This document shows, in pieces, positions 40,563-51,647 of a DNA stretch of 64,000 bases. Numbering within the stretch: the first letter of the stretch is position 1; each line of letters opens with the position of its first letter. This stretch comes from Phoronis australis (lineage: Eukaryota; Animalia; Phoronida). The notes beneath the pieces were generated by a model that saw only the letters and a list, made by a program, of their open reading frames with translations, did no database searches and was not told the origin of the DNA. The DNA is taken from positions 1 to 64,000 of the forward strand of contig NMRA01000656.1 in the NCBI GenBank assembly GCA_002633005.1, read 5' to 3'. The position numbers and the translations under genes were made by a program.

Positions 40563-40705
40563 NGTAACATCGCTGTGGTCTACCAATGTTTGAGAAGTTA
40601 TGTGCATTCATAAAAATGTAAGAAGCCCTTGAAAAATGAAAAAGGGCAATTTTAACAATTATTTTTTTGTCCGAAATTGGTGACATTTTACCAAACTCTT
40701 CCTAC

Positions 40706-40839
40706 CAATGAGAGGTGAGTCACCAATGCGTCCTGCCAGTTTTGAGGCTATCCCCCCGGTAGAAGTAGTACAGGCAACATTCCCATCGGAGTCAACAGCT
40801 ACCACACCCACTGTCTCATGCCCAGTCTGAGCCAGACCT
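40706..40839 (-). CDS. ASRGL1: ASRGL1-like exon A4 (catalytic Thr of domain A)
   Basis: [44 protein letters not shown]; nucleophile Thr codon at 40812-40814. Confidence 0.95.
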
Positions 40840-42292
40840 CTGGAACAAAAATGTCAAATGACTCAAATAGTTCAACATAACAAATTATTTAAATCACCAC
40901 ATGCTATCTTTACGGTGCAACTCAAAGAGTAAATTGATTCACACATCCCAAATTCAACTCTCCTCTTTTTCAAAGGTAGAAAAATCCATTGTACGATTGG
41001 CCTAGTTTTTATAATATCAGGGGTTCTGTTGACCCCAGTTGACTTGTTTGATAGATCAGATATGCAACAAATAAGCTGACTGGTTGACCAGAGAATAGCG
41101 ATGCAGAATCTTACACCATTGGTTAACTCCACTGGGCTGGGCTTAAAAAATCGTCAATCATTAGCTGCCCAGGGAAATTGATGTTCTAAAGGAGATGAGG
41201 TCTTTGCCATTTTTGATGGCAAGCACCATCAAAACAGTGAGGCATGACCAAAGGTCATATTAGTGCCACCTTATAACTTTGCTTAACTATAACTCTGAAG
41301 CTGATGGGAAACTTCGCAGTTTACCACTGATAACATCGAAGCTTGGGTAGTAGCGAATTTAACTGTATGGAAATTAGGGCCTTTTGAAACATGGCATATA
41401 TAATAAGACTGAGCTCAGCAGATTAAGGATCAAGCCAGAAATATTATCGGATGTCCATACAACCTGCATAAGTCTGGCAAGTCCTTGAATAGGAGAACGC
41501 TGGCTACTAACATGCTTCTGAGTCAAGCTGGACAAATTTATCGCACCTCACTGATTTCCTAACTGTTTTATGTCTACACTGCAACTCCCTAAGTAATAAT
41601 AAAATGTCCCTGGAATAATTAAGAATTAGACAAACAGCAAACCTCTTTTATGTAAATAGTGATAGCACTGCAGCAGCAAAATGAGTGGTCTACTCACATA
41701 GCATTGTGGGAAATTACCGCAAAAACAGACAGGGTTCAGCACTTGAAACAATCAAATTGTATTAATCGAAGGTCTGTTTCATGAAAGTGGCTTAATTAAG
41801 ACTTACATGATGAACGAATCCTCTTCAAACCACCAAAGACTTTGGAATGAGAACAAATAAATGGACAACGAATTCAAAATGAAAAAAGTGAAATGAAAAA
41901 ATCTGCCAAATGACACAATGTTGCAATATGCAATAGCAGGTAGTCAGAGGATTGACACTGTTCTTACAATTCTTCGATGCCCCCGCCCTGTGGGTGAGTT
42001 TCCCCATTACGGTGATCAGGAACTGATAGGTTACAGCCCTGTTGTTATCAGTTTGACAGCGAAGGGCAGAAAGTTAGCAAACAAATAGTCCAGCACTCTC
42101 ATTGTCTACATTCATCTGAAAAGCTCAGGTAATCGAGCGTGATTCTAGATCAGATCAGTACATTGTATATCAACTATCTGCTGGTTTGGGTCCTTTGGTT
42201 ATAAATTCAAAATAACTTTAAAGTGACATCCAGAGGCCAAAATGTAACTTGTAGTTAATCCTAAATAATACGCTACTAAAACAACGCCATAC

Positions 42293-42453
42293 TTTCCATT
42301 GAACAGAGTGTTCACAGCAGTTTTGTACTTCTTGTAAGTCTCATATTCCCTGCGTGCTTCCTCAGTTGTCAACAATTCTGTCGACACATACTCCATCCCA
42401 TGCTGCCAGCCAAACTCATTGGCAGCTGGCCCAATCAAGCAGTTGTGACGGGT
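42293..42453 (-). CDS. ASRGL1: ASRGL1-like exon A3
   Basis: TRHNCLIGPAANEFGWQHGMEYVSTELLTTEEARREYETYKKYKTAVNTLFNG(K); 161 nt, phase 0 to 2. Confidence 0.92.
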
Positions 42454-42644
42454 CTGTAATAGAAATCTCTGTAAACAAGCCTGCTAAACCGACTGTTAGG
42501 CCGAAAATAGGAAAGGTTGTTTGTGTATTTACCCCGACGCAGCTAAACAAAAAACGCCAACCTGCATCAAGTTCAGCCACTCATGTTTTTCAAAAACTCA
42601 ATGCAAATTTAATAAGGTAAGTCGCCGCCTCTGGGTTGGTTGCC

Positions 42645-42776
42645 CACACACGCACGCCCGTGCACACACACACACACACACGCACGCACGCACGTGCACA
42701 CACATACACACACACGCAAGCCCGTGCACACACATACACACACACGCACGCCCGTGCACACACACACACACACACA
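42645..42776. repeat. CA-rich compound microsatellite
   Basis: (CA)n runs punctuated by CCCGTGCA/CACGTGCA. Confidence 0.95.
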
Positions 42777-44539
42777 AGTCTTTTCATTAGTTGTCTTGAT
42801 GACTAGCTTTTAAGAGATAACTATGGACACAACATGGTTTTGAAATAAAATCAACATCGATCTCAAATGTTCTTATTAAGCAATACTAACTTTAACATCT
42901 GCTAGTCAGGTAACGCAGTCGATTGACATAGTCTAGCTTCCTTTGGAGTGCTTGTTACTACACCCAAATTTCTTAATGAAAGATAGGCATAAGGTACAGT
43001 GCTTCATTGTTAACATTAAAAACAACTTATATTTTGTCAATAGAGGCACGATCATCAAATGCCTGTTTACCTGAAACCTAAAGATCTAAAATAAGAATTA
43101 GCCAATGAAAATACATTGTGTTAATTTTTTGTTCTGTTGCCCCCGTAAATGAAAGTATTTCCATAGGATTTTAGTTAGTACTTGAACCGAGATAACTGGC
43201 GATTGAGACATGATGCTGTAAAAAAGTGCGTGGGACCGCTTATTGATACCTTGATTTGGTCTGAATTTAAACATCAGCGTCGTCTGGAGTTCAAACCAAA
43301 TAGTAGCTAGTTTTTGTAATATTGTTCTTCAAATTTTACACATGAAGGCTTGGGCTTTGAGAATTAATGATCTAGATTAGGAACCGTGAACAAAATAATG
43401 TTCTTTGTGAGTTTAATGAACATAACCTTTACCTACCCTTCCTGGTCTTTAAGTGAAAACAAAATCATGATATTTTTCTAGGCTAGTACATATTCACAAC
43501 TAATGCTTCAAATTTTGGCAGTGATGTGCATCACTGCAGCAAAGCGGTAAAGTAAAACAATTGCTTTGAAACAATTCTCAACACAATTTTGAAGTCGAGA
43601 AATAAAGTGAGTAATTTTGTGTTTTTCCATCACCATCATAAAATGTAGTGTACCCCTAGCAAGATTTGGCCTTGACCCCTTCCCTCCTGCTAATAAGTTG
43701 CACACTCATGAAAATGATGATATATTAGTGCGAAACATTCCTAAATCAAAGACATCAAAAACTAATTCAGTGCATAAACCGTTGTAAAATATTTCTTTTT
43801 TTACAATAATTAGTTTCATGAAATTTACAACACTGAGCTGGTGGTTAGATGACAAGTCCAGAGCAGCATTCTGCAGACATGAAAATCTTGCGAAAACGCC
43901 AGAACCCGCAAGACTGCAAGATACCATCATGCACTGGAACCAAACCAAGAGACCATAATAGCTCGCTAGACTCTTTTGTCCAAAAAACGTGGCCCTCAGG
44001 TTTTAAATTATCGACTTATCTTTACTCGAGTGTTCACGACACTCTACTAAACTCAAGGGAAAAATGATGACGGCCTAGAGATCAGTGTCCGGTTAAGTTT
44101 AAGTTCCTTAAATCTACTGCATATTTGTGGACTTCTGAAAACACTTACTGTCCTATCTTATGTTATTTTGGCTTTGATACAAATTGACACAGTTAACTTT
44201 ATGTTAAATTCTCAATATTATTGAAAATAAATAGGGATCTTTTCATGCAACACTCCCAAATTTAGGACTAAGTCGCTATTTATTTTCATTGAACTAAGGG
44301 TACAGTTTTATAAAAAAATGTTTAGTAGACAAAGAGGACTTCATAATAAAGATACAAAGGTGGAAAAAAGATTACATCTAAGAGTAAAGAACGACACAAA
44401 TATGCAAAAGATTTAATAAGTAACTTAGTTGAGTCCCTATTTGGGACTGTTTCATACTACTGTGCAGAGAATCTCGCAAATTAGATTAACTTTTCTATAC
44501 GGCTAAATTGCCAGAAGATGGCACTGTCAATGACATTAC

Positions 44540-44682
44540 CTTTTCCATCACCAAACGTGCCAACTGACTTGGGTATTTCACGTTTTGGACACAAGCGACA
44601 GCTCCCACATTCAAAGTACGACCTTCCATTATAATAGCATCCATTTCGATTTTGCCATCAACTGTTAAGACAGAGCCAGTGC
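44540..44682 (-). CDS. ASRGL1: ASRGL1-like exon A2
   Basis: GTGSVLTVDGKIEMDAIIMEGRTLNVGAVACVQNVKYPSQLARLVMEK; 143 nt, AG/GT boundaries. Confidence 0.95.
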
Positions 44683-44729
44683 CTAAAATGCGACATGTAT
44701 AAATCTATACAATATTATTAAGTACATAA

Positions 44730-44961
44730 AAGCGCTTCCCATTTAAAAAGGGACTTTCCCACTTTGTCCCAAACTAAAATGTAATATTACAATATAGATA
44801 AATATCAACATGTTGTCTTTAAATTTGGTTTGTAATCAAAAGGGATAATGATTGATTACAAACCAAATTTAAAGACAAAATGTTGATATTTATCTATCTT
44901 GTAACACTACATTTCAGTTTAGGACAAAGTGGGAAAGTCCCTTTTTAAATGGGAAGCGCTT
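44730..44961. repeat. Long inverted repeat (~110-bp arms, 12-bp spacer), MITE/foldback-like
   Basis: 44730-44839 is a near-perfect reverse complement of 44852-44961. Confidence 0.92.
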
Positions 44962-45409
44962 ATAAGCTCCACATAAAATTAATCCCGGAGAAATAAAAAT
45001 CATTTATGAGCGACATATATCCCAAATAATATAAATGATAGGTGCCTCACAAGCTCGTTACCAGAGATGAAAAGGAGATCGTGGTAGGCGATATAAGGTC
45101 ATTTATTACGACTGATACAATTACAAGTAATAGGTAGTGAATAAATATAAGCAAAAAATGATAATCTCTGGTAAGTTGGGAAATAGAAAAACGCATACCT
45201 CAGCCAAGCAGCTAGTCAATTCTATTCATAGAGACATGTGAAATCATTATATAATTCTTGAAAAGTACTTTAAAAAAAGAGTTTTATACTTTGATGGGCA
45301 GAGTCGTTTACAGCATTTTATTACCCTATTCACAATGCTCAATTAACTCCGGCATAGTGTTTGTAAGGTCATACATTCCAAAGTTACAGAGGCAAATAAA
45401 AAATGAAAG

Positions 45410-45760
45410 CGCTCCGAAGAGCGAACCTTGGCGAAATTAACCAAAAAGATGACGATAAAGATGATGACGAAGATGACGAATATGACGACGATGGTGGCGA
45501 GGATGAACAAAAGAAGTAACAATAACATACACATGACGAACGTAGAAGTCCGAATCAGTAAGAAAAAGGCTACAGTCTTGTGCGACACTTGGCGAAATTA
45601 ACGGAAAAGACAACGACGGAGATGATGACGAAGATGATGACGATGATGACGAATATTATGATGGTGGTGGCGATGATGAACAGCATCACAACATTCATAT
45701 GACGAACTTAGATGTCATAAATCAATAAGAAATAGGCTACAGTCTACTTCAATAGAAGAT
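45410..45760. repeat. Interspersed repeat of two ~160-bp GAT/GAC-rich units
   Basis: CTTGGCGAAATTAAC...GATGATGACGAAGATGA...GGCTACAGTCT twice; reverse copies at ~60870-61010 and ~61265-61410. Confidence 0.7.
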
Positions 45761-46588
45761 AAACCAACATCAATGCAGCAAGAGCGCTCAACAAAGGAAC
45801 AGCGTTATCAGAAAATCTCAAATAACTCCAAAAGTAGACGTCCTANGCAGCTAGTCAATTCTATTCATAGAGACATGTGAAATCATTATATAATTCTTGA
45901 AAAGTACTTTAAAAAAGGAGTTTTATACTTTGATAGGCAGAGTCGTTTACAGCATTTTATTACCCTGCTCACAATGCTCAATTAACTCTGGCATACTGTT
46001 TGTAAGATCATACATAATACTTAAGAAATTCCAAAGATACAGAGGCAAATAAAAAACAAATTGCCACTAGGGGACAATGTAGCAGTCGGATCCGTCCGAA
46101 AGCTCGTGGTCATCTGTTGCCTGCTTCATAGGAACACATCTGCCATAATCTCATTAAGATCCGGCTTGGGGTTTAGGAGATACAGCAGCTGAAGCAGGAT
46201 GCTCATAGACGAATATGCACCCAAATGTAAATATATGGGCAAAAAGTGACCAATAGAGGGCGCCCAATATGTCGAATCTGTCCAAAAACAAGAAGGCATT
46301 GTTGTCTCCTTAATAAATGCTCATAAAAAAAATTTCATCAAATTCTGAAGACAGCCAAGAGACAAACACAAAACCAAAATTCCCAACACGGGGCACAGCG
46401 TTTGTCAGTTCTGTCCGAATGTTATTGTCATAAGCATCTGCCAACTTCAATGACAATCCTGCAAGGGATTTGGGAGATACAGCAGCGGACGCCCTGACAG
46501 AGATAACAGCGGTGTGTATCGAGTATAGACATTTAGGAATACATAAATATCACGTACCAGTGATTGAATTTGAAATGTCATAACTAAC

Positions 46589-46775
46589 CTGCATCAAAGG
46601 CGGGATTATCTTCTAAACACCTGATAGCTGAAGACACAGCGTCCAAAGCAGAGCCACCAGCTTTGAGTATTTTGTAACCACACGTGGCAGCCTCTTGGAC
46701 ACCATTACAACTCTCTTCAATGAGGTATTCTGGTATAGCCCACGCTCCACCATGCACAACAATAGCTGGCTTCAT
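46589..46775 (-). CDS. ASRGL1: Tandem two-domain isoaspartyl peptidase/L-asparaginase (ASRGL1-like), exon A1 with start codon
   Basis: MKPAIVVHGGAWAIP...GGSALDAVSSAIRCLEDNPAFDAG. Acceptor 3 nt before the ATG implies an unlocated upstream exon; GTTAGT donor, phase 1. Confidence 0.95.
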
Positions 46776-47433
46776 GACCTGGGAAGATGCAATAACTACT
46801 TTTTTAGTAATTACCACAATTCCCATTTAGTGTTACAAATTAGTGATAAAAGTTAACAAATGCTGCATTCTATGACAGGAGACATTTGCCAAGTACAAAA
46901 TTAATTTTACAAAATCTTAAAATTATTTCACATGTGATGGCAGAGTTTGACAAAATCAAATTTCTCGTTTTTGCCTTTTCTGAAATAGCTCTAAAAATGC
47001 ACCTGGTGACCGGATAAGTGTACCGATTGACCTCAAACTTTGTGACTGATATTTGGTTTGATATACTAATTATTTACATCAAATTAAAGTGTCCTAGACA
47101 ATTTTTGTATTTATAACAAGTGACTTTTGACATGTAACATCTGATTGGATGATCGGAATGCTAAGAAAAGTAATTCCTGAAATAGACGCAATACTCCACA
47201 CCACTAGTGCACCGGAGTTGAAAAATATATCAGTCTTTAAAACTGTAGGAGAAATCACACTTTGAACATAAGATGACAGTATCAGTATAATAAAAATGAT
47301 TTCAATAAACACTGCAGATGAACACAGTAGAAGACATGTTGAGTGCAAAATTCAAAATGTCAAAAAATACAACTTCCTGACCCAATAATTGCACCAAATT
47401 ACCTCAAAATTTGGCACCGAAATTTGTTAACAT

Positions 47434-47652
47434 TTTTTTCTTAAAAATATGAGCACAGCCCCAGAAATCGCTTTCACATTATATCCAGGATCTCATTCAT
47501 TCCCTTACACACATTCACAAGTATGACTGAACTCAGGGGAGTAGGAGACACCTTTGTGCAATGCTCGATTGTCTGCCAGTAAGGCCAGGATTCGAACCCT
47601 GGTCTCACAAACGGGAGTCCGGAGCTCAAACCAATGAACCACAATGTCTCCT
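47434..47652 (-). mobile_element. tRNA-derived SINE with intact 13-bp TSD
   Basis: A box TGGTTCATTGG, B box GGTTCGAATCC, A-rich tail; AATTTGTTAACAT at 47421-47433 and 47653-47665. Confidence 0.85.
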
Positions 47653-49264
47653 AATTTGTTAACATGATTGTACATATCGAATACTTAAATTTGAAGTGCC
47701 AAGCTCAAAATTTATGTTTACACCAAGTGACCCGACACGTTGATTGAACGGCTTAGATACCATAAGCCTAAGTACAGAAAATGTCTCCAATTTGGTGCAG
47801 TGAAAAATTAATCATTTTGCTCAAGCTTGGAGCTTGCACCAAATTTTAGAAATTGCAATATCTGAGGCTGTCCCAAATTCAAGATTTATGAGAAAGACGA
47901 ATTTTGCAATGGCATCTATTTTTGACGATTTTATCTCAAACGCTGTTGATACAAAATACAATGTCCAAGATTTGAGAAATATGACATATGCCAACATTAT
48001 ACAAGTCCCAATCTTCAGAATGAAGAAAATATAATTTTGCGTTGAAATTCAGTGTCCCAAATGTCTCAAACTGATAATTTCTACATTACCTGCTTTGCTG
48101 ACAATCGTAGACATTTAACAATTGAAATATGGTAGAACAACACGATGAATGAAAATGTAAAAAATTTCACACCGAATGCCCCCATAAATGCATCAATTGA
48201 CTTCAAAGTTTGGAACTGACACATATACCTACATGTACTAATTGCATACAGTACGTAAATTTGAAGTTCTTAGCTCACATTTTATGTTTGCACTCAGTGA
48301 CTCTTAACCTATCAAATGACACTGAATGACTGGATCGCTTAAAAAAAAGGTTAAGCCTTTCATTACGTTGGCTTACACTTGTGTGCACCGAAATAGAAAA
48401 GCGTATACTTTTAAAACTGGAAAAATAACATTTTCAAAATTAGATAACTTTGCACCATGTGACCTCTTCTGGTGCATTCTGGAATATAAAAACAACGAGC
48501 ATTTCAATTTTTACTAGCAAACAACTTGCGTGAAATTTCCACGACTGGTGCAGTCGTTTTGGAATTATCAAGGTCTAAAGTTGGAGTCAATAAAAATAAG
48601 ATGAAAAAACGTAGACTACCAGTACTCTGCACTGCCGGAACGCCCAGATTACGTAAAAAAACATAACTCAAGCATGGACTTCAATTGTTATACGTCCATG
48701 ACTCAAGAAAGTCACTTAAACCAAAAAAAACTCAAAATCTGTGAATCAACTCATTTCAAGGAAAGGCTGTTTTCATCACTGCATACCAAACGTGACCTTT
48801 TGCAGTGACCTAGATGCTACAAGTACCAAGTTGGTGTTTACCAAACCAGCGGCAATGGAGTAGTGCCTGTTCTATCATCGCAGATTGCTAGATTATATAT
48901 AGTTACTTTGTACTTTGATACTCAATCTCAGCACAAAGTCTGTTATCGAAATCGACATGACTGTGTAGACTGGTTTGGAATACTATCTCAACTAAGTGCC
49001 TACGTTTTCTTTTATCTTTCACTTGGTTGAATGTTGAGCAACCGTGTTGGCAGCGGTCTAACGATATGTTTTGAAAATTCTCAGTGGCAAAATTTTCGTT
49101 TATATATGTAATAACAGGTCATTGACAACTTCATGCCTATTCCACAGAATATAGTCAGACGCTGTTTAGCGTCTCAACATAAAGTATAAAAATTCTTTTT
49201 TTACTAGGGCTGGGTACCGCAGGAGGTCCAGATCTCATACTTAGCCAACAAAAAGTAATTAACT

Positions 49265-51190
49265 TCAATGAGTACCCAGCATCTCCAACAAACCCATTAC
49301 CTCTTCTACGTGTCTCTAGAAAGTTATCAGCCCGTTTTACGGCACAATACACTGAAGTTTTGCTTGAGGGTTTACTTGGTCCGATCTCTTCCCCAGTCGG
49401 ACCGAGTGAGCTGTGACGTCACAAAACTCCCGGGTTGGCTACCTGGAAGTCCGGATATACTTGACGTCAATGAAAAGTATTCAATTTCATTTGACATGTA
49501 TACTCAGCAGGCTGCGAAAGAAATTATTACCTCTTCTACGTGTCAAAGTTATCTATCAAATTTCTAAGGCTCAATACAATGTAGTTTTTCTTGCAGGTTT
49601 ACTTGGTCCGGTCTAACAGCTGGACCGAGTGCACTGTGACGTCATCAAACTCGCGGAATCGAAATATTCTGTGAATTTTTTCATTTTTTTAGATTTCCGA
49701 CTTTGATAAGACGTCATCATGATTTTGGTTTTATGTCCAGGACGTCGCAATCTAAATTCAAACAAAAAGCGACGGAGTACGATCGTCCTATGCAAATTGC
49801 TTCTTGTTATTTGTAATCGGTTCTTTAGTACCTTGCATTACATTTTCTTACATGTCATTGCTGTGTGATTTCATTGTTGAACTATCGGCAGTTAACATGA
49901 GTATTTTTACTTTGCCTGTTTTCTCAAATATAGTTTTGAACACAGATCATTTCAGCCTGTATTGATGTTTTTAGCCAACAAGCTATGTGAAATAAAGTTC
50001 TCTGTGACGAAAAACAGTGCTTCCTGTCATTTTTGCGTGAATTTGTGTTAAATTTGTTCAAGGTAACTAGAGTGACCATGCCAGCGACCATGCCAGTACG
50101 CCTTCATTATTTTTTTAAAGCTAGTTTATATCAATATGCAACCCGAAAACAACCCCAATGTAAGAAGAAAACAAAATTTGACAGCTTTTCATATACTCAA
50201 ACAACATAGGGTTACCTCAGCGTGGTATCAAGCCACGTGAACGATGCCAGAAAACGCAATGGTTTTTGAACAGTGAAAAGCACGAAAGAGCATTGTAGAC
50301 ATCGGAAATGTGAACAGAAGAAGCACTCTTGGGAGAAAAAGTGAAATATCTTAGGGAATATTCTGATTCTGTCAGTTTGATGACGTCACAGCGCACTTGG
50401 TCCGGTTGTGACATACCAGACCAAGTAGACTTGCAAGTATAAACTACAACTAGTGTATTGAGCCTCAAAACTGGTTGATAATTTTCTAAAGACACGTAGA
50501 AGAGGTAAAAGTTTTGTTGGAGCCGCTGGGTAAATGTCAAATGAAATTGAATACTTTTCATTGGCTTCAAGTAGGCGTCCGGACCTCTTGCATGTTAACC
50601 TGTGAGTTTGATGACGTCACAGCACACTCAGTCCGGCCGTTAACAGACCGGACCAAATAAACCTACAAGCAAAACTACAGTGTATTAAGCCGTAAAAATT
50701 GGCTGATAACTTTCTAGCGACACGTAGAAGAGGTAATGGTTTTGTTAGAGTTGCTGGGTACATGTCAAATGAAATTAATTTCTTTTCATTGGCGTTATGT
50801 ATTGTCTCGACAATGAATTAGGGGGTAGGCGCGGCTTCTCAACACCCGTGGTGTCAAGAGACACAAAAATCGCAATAGTTTTTGAACAGTGAATAGCACA
50901 AAAAAGATTCTAGATATCGAAAATTTAAACAAAAGAAGCGTTCTTTGGACAAAAAGCGAAATGTCTTGTGATTCTGCTAGTTTGAGCACGTCGCAGCGCA
51001 GTCGTTCCGGCCGTTGACAGACCGGACCAAGTACTGAAACCTGCAAGCTAAACTACAGTGTATTGAGCCGTAACAGTTGGTTGATAACTTTCTAGAGGCA
51101 CATAGAAGAGTTAAAGCTTTTGTTGGAGATGCTGAGTACATGTCAAATGAAATTATTCTTTTCAATGGCGTCAAGTATATCGTCCGGACT
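49265..51190. repeat. Foldback-like structure of ~230-bp units (two forward, three reverse)
   Basis: Unit TTACCTCTTCTACGTGTC...AAGTTATC...TTTACTTGGTCCG...GTGACGTCA at ~49296 and ~49527; reverse-complement copies at ~50360-50585, ~50600-50795 and ~50970-51190. Confidence 0.8.
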
Positions 51191-51540
51191 TGAGCCGCAA
51201 AAGTTGGTTAATATCTCTCTTGTGAAAAGCAGATGAAAAGGTTAAAGTAAGGTGTGAAATCTAAATGTTTGATTCGTGGCGTTGTGTGTTATATTGGGAC
51301 ATTGGGTGCTCCCATCCCGCCTGGCTGACCGGTGACCCTTGCAGTAACTGCTTACCGTAGTACGGGTACTCCATTTCCTGTTCAAAAGATTAAAATAAAG
51401 ATTTTTGTCGGCCAGAGTTATTTTGGCGCCACATGAGGTCCTAACAATAACATGCTCATAAAAATGAAATCTTATTTCAAAAAAACGTATTTGGTGGAAC
51501 CGTCCATATAACACTATGGCAAACCCGGGTATCAACAGTA

Positions 51541-51647
51541 CTGCTCCGACCCGTATTGGAATCTGGCCCGTATTGGAATTCCAATACGGGAACGGCCCGT
51601 ATTGGAATATTCCAATACGGGCCAGATTCCAATACGGGCCGGAACAG
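51541..51647. mobile_element. 107-bp palindromic MITE
   Basis: CTG(C/T)TCCG termini flanked by TA; CCCGTATTGGAAT occurs three times forward and three times reverse. Confidence 0.75.

Larger units (their letters stand above)
39396..41426. other. Probable haplotype duplication (assembly artefact) around n at 40563
   Basis: 39396-40268 matches 40564-41426 at allele-level identity. Confidence 0.85.

Noticed and set aside
33404-40839. Three or four true asparaginase paralogues, or mutually exclusive exons
   Set aside because: The duplicates include near-identical introns, encode identical peptides and abut single-n joins; best explained as alleles.
47560-47652. tRNA genes here and at 2372-2450
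   Set aside because: A/B boxes are present, but both are followed by a non-tRNA body and tail and flanked by target duplications; they are SINE heads.
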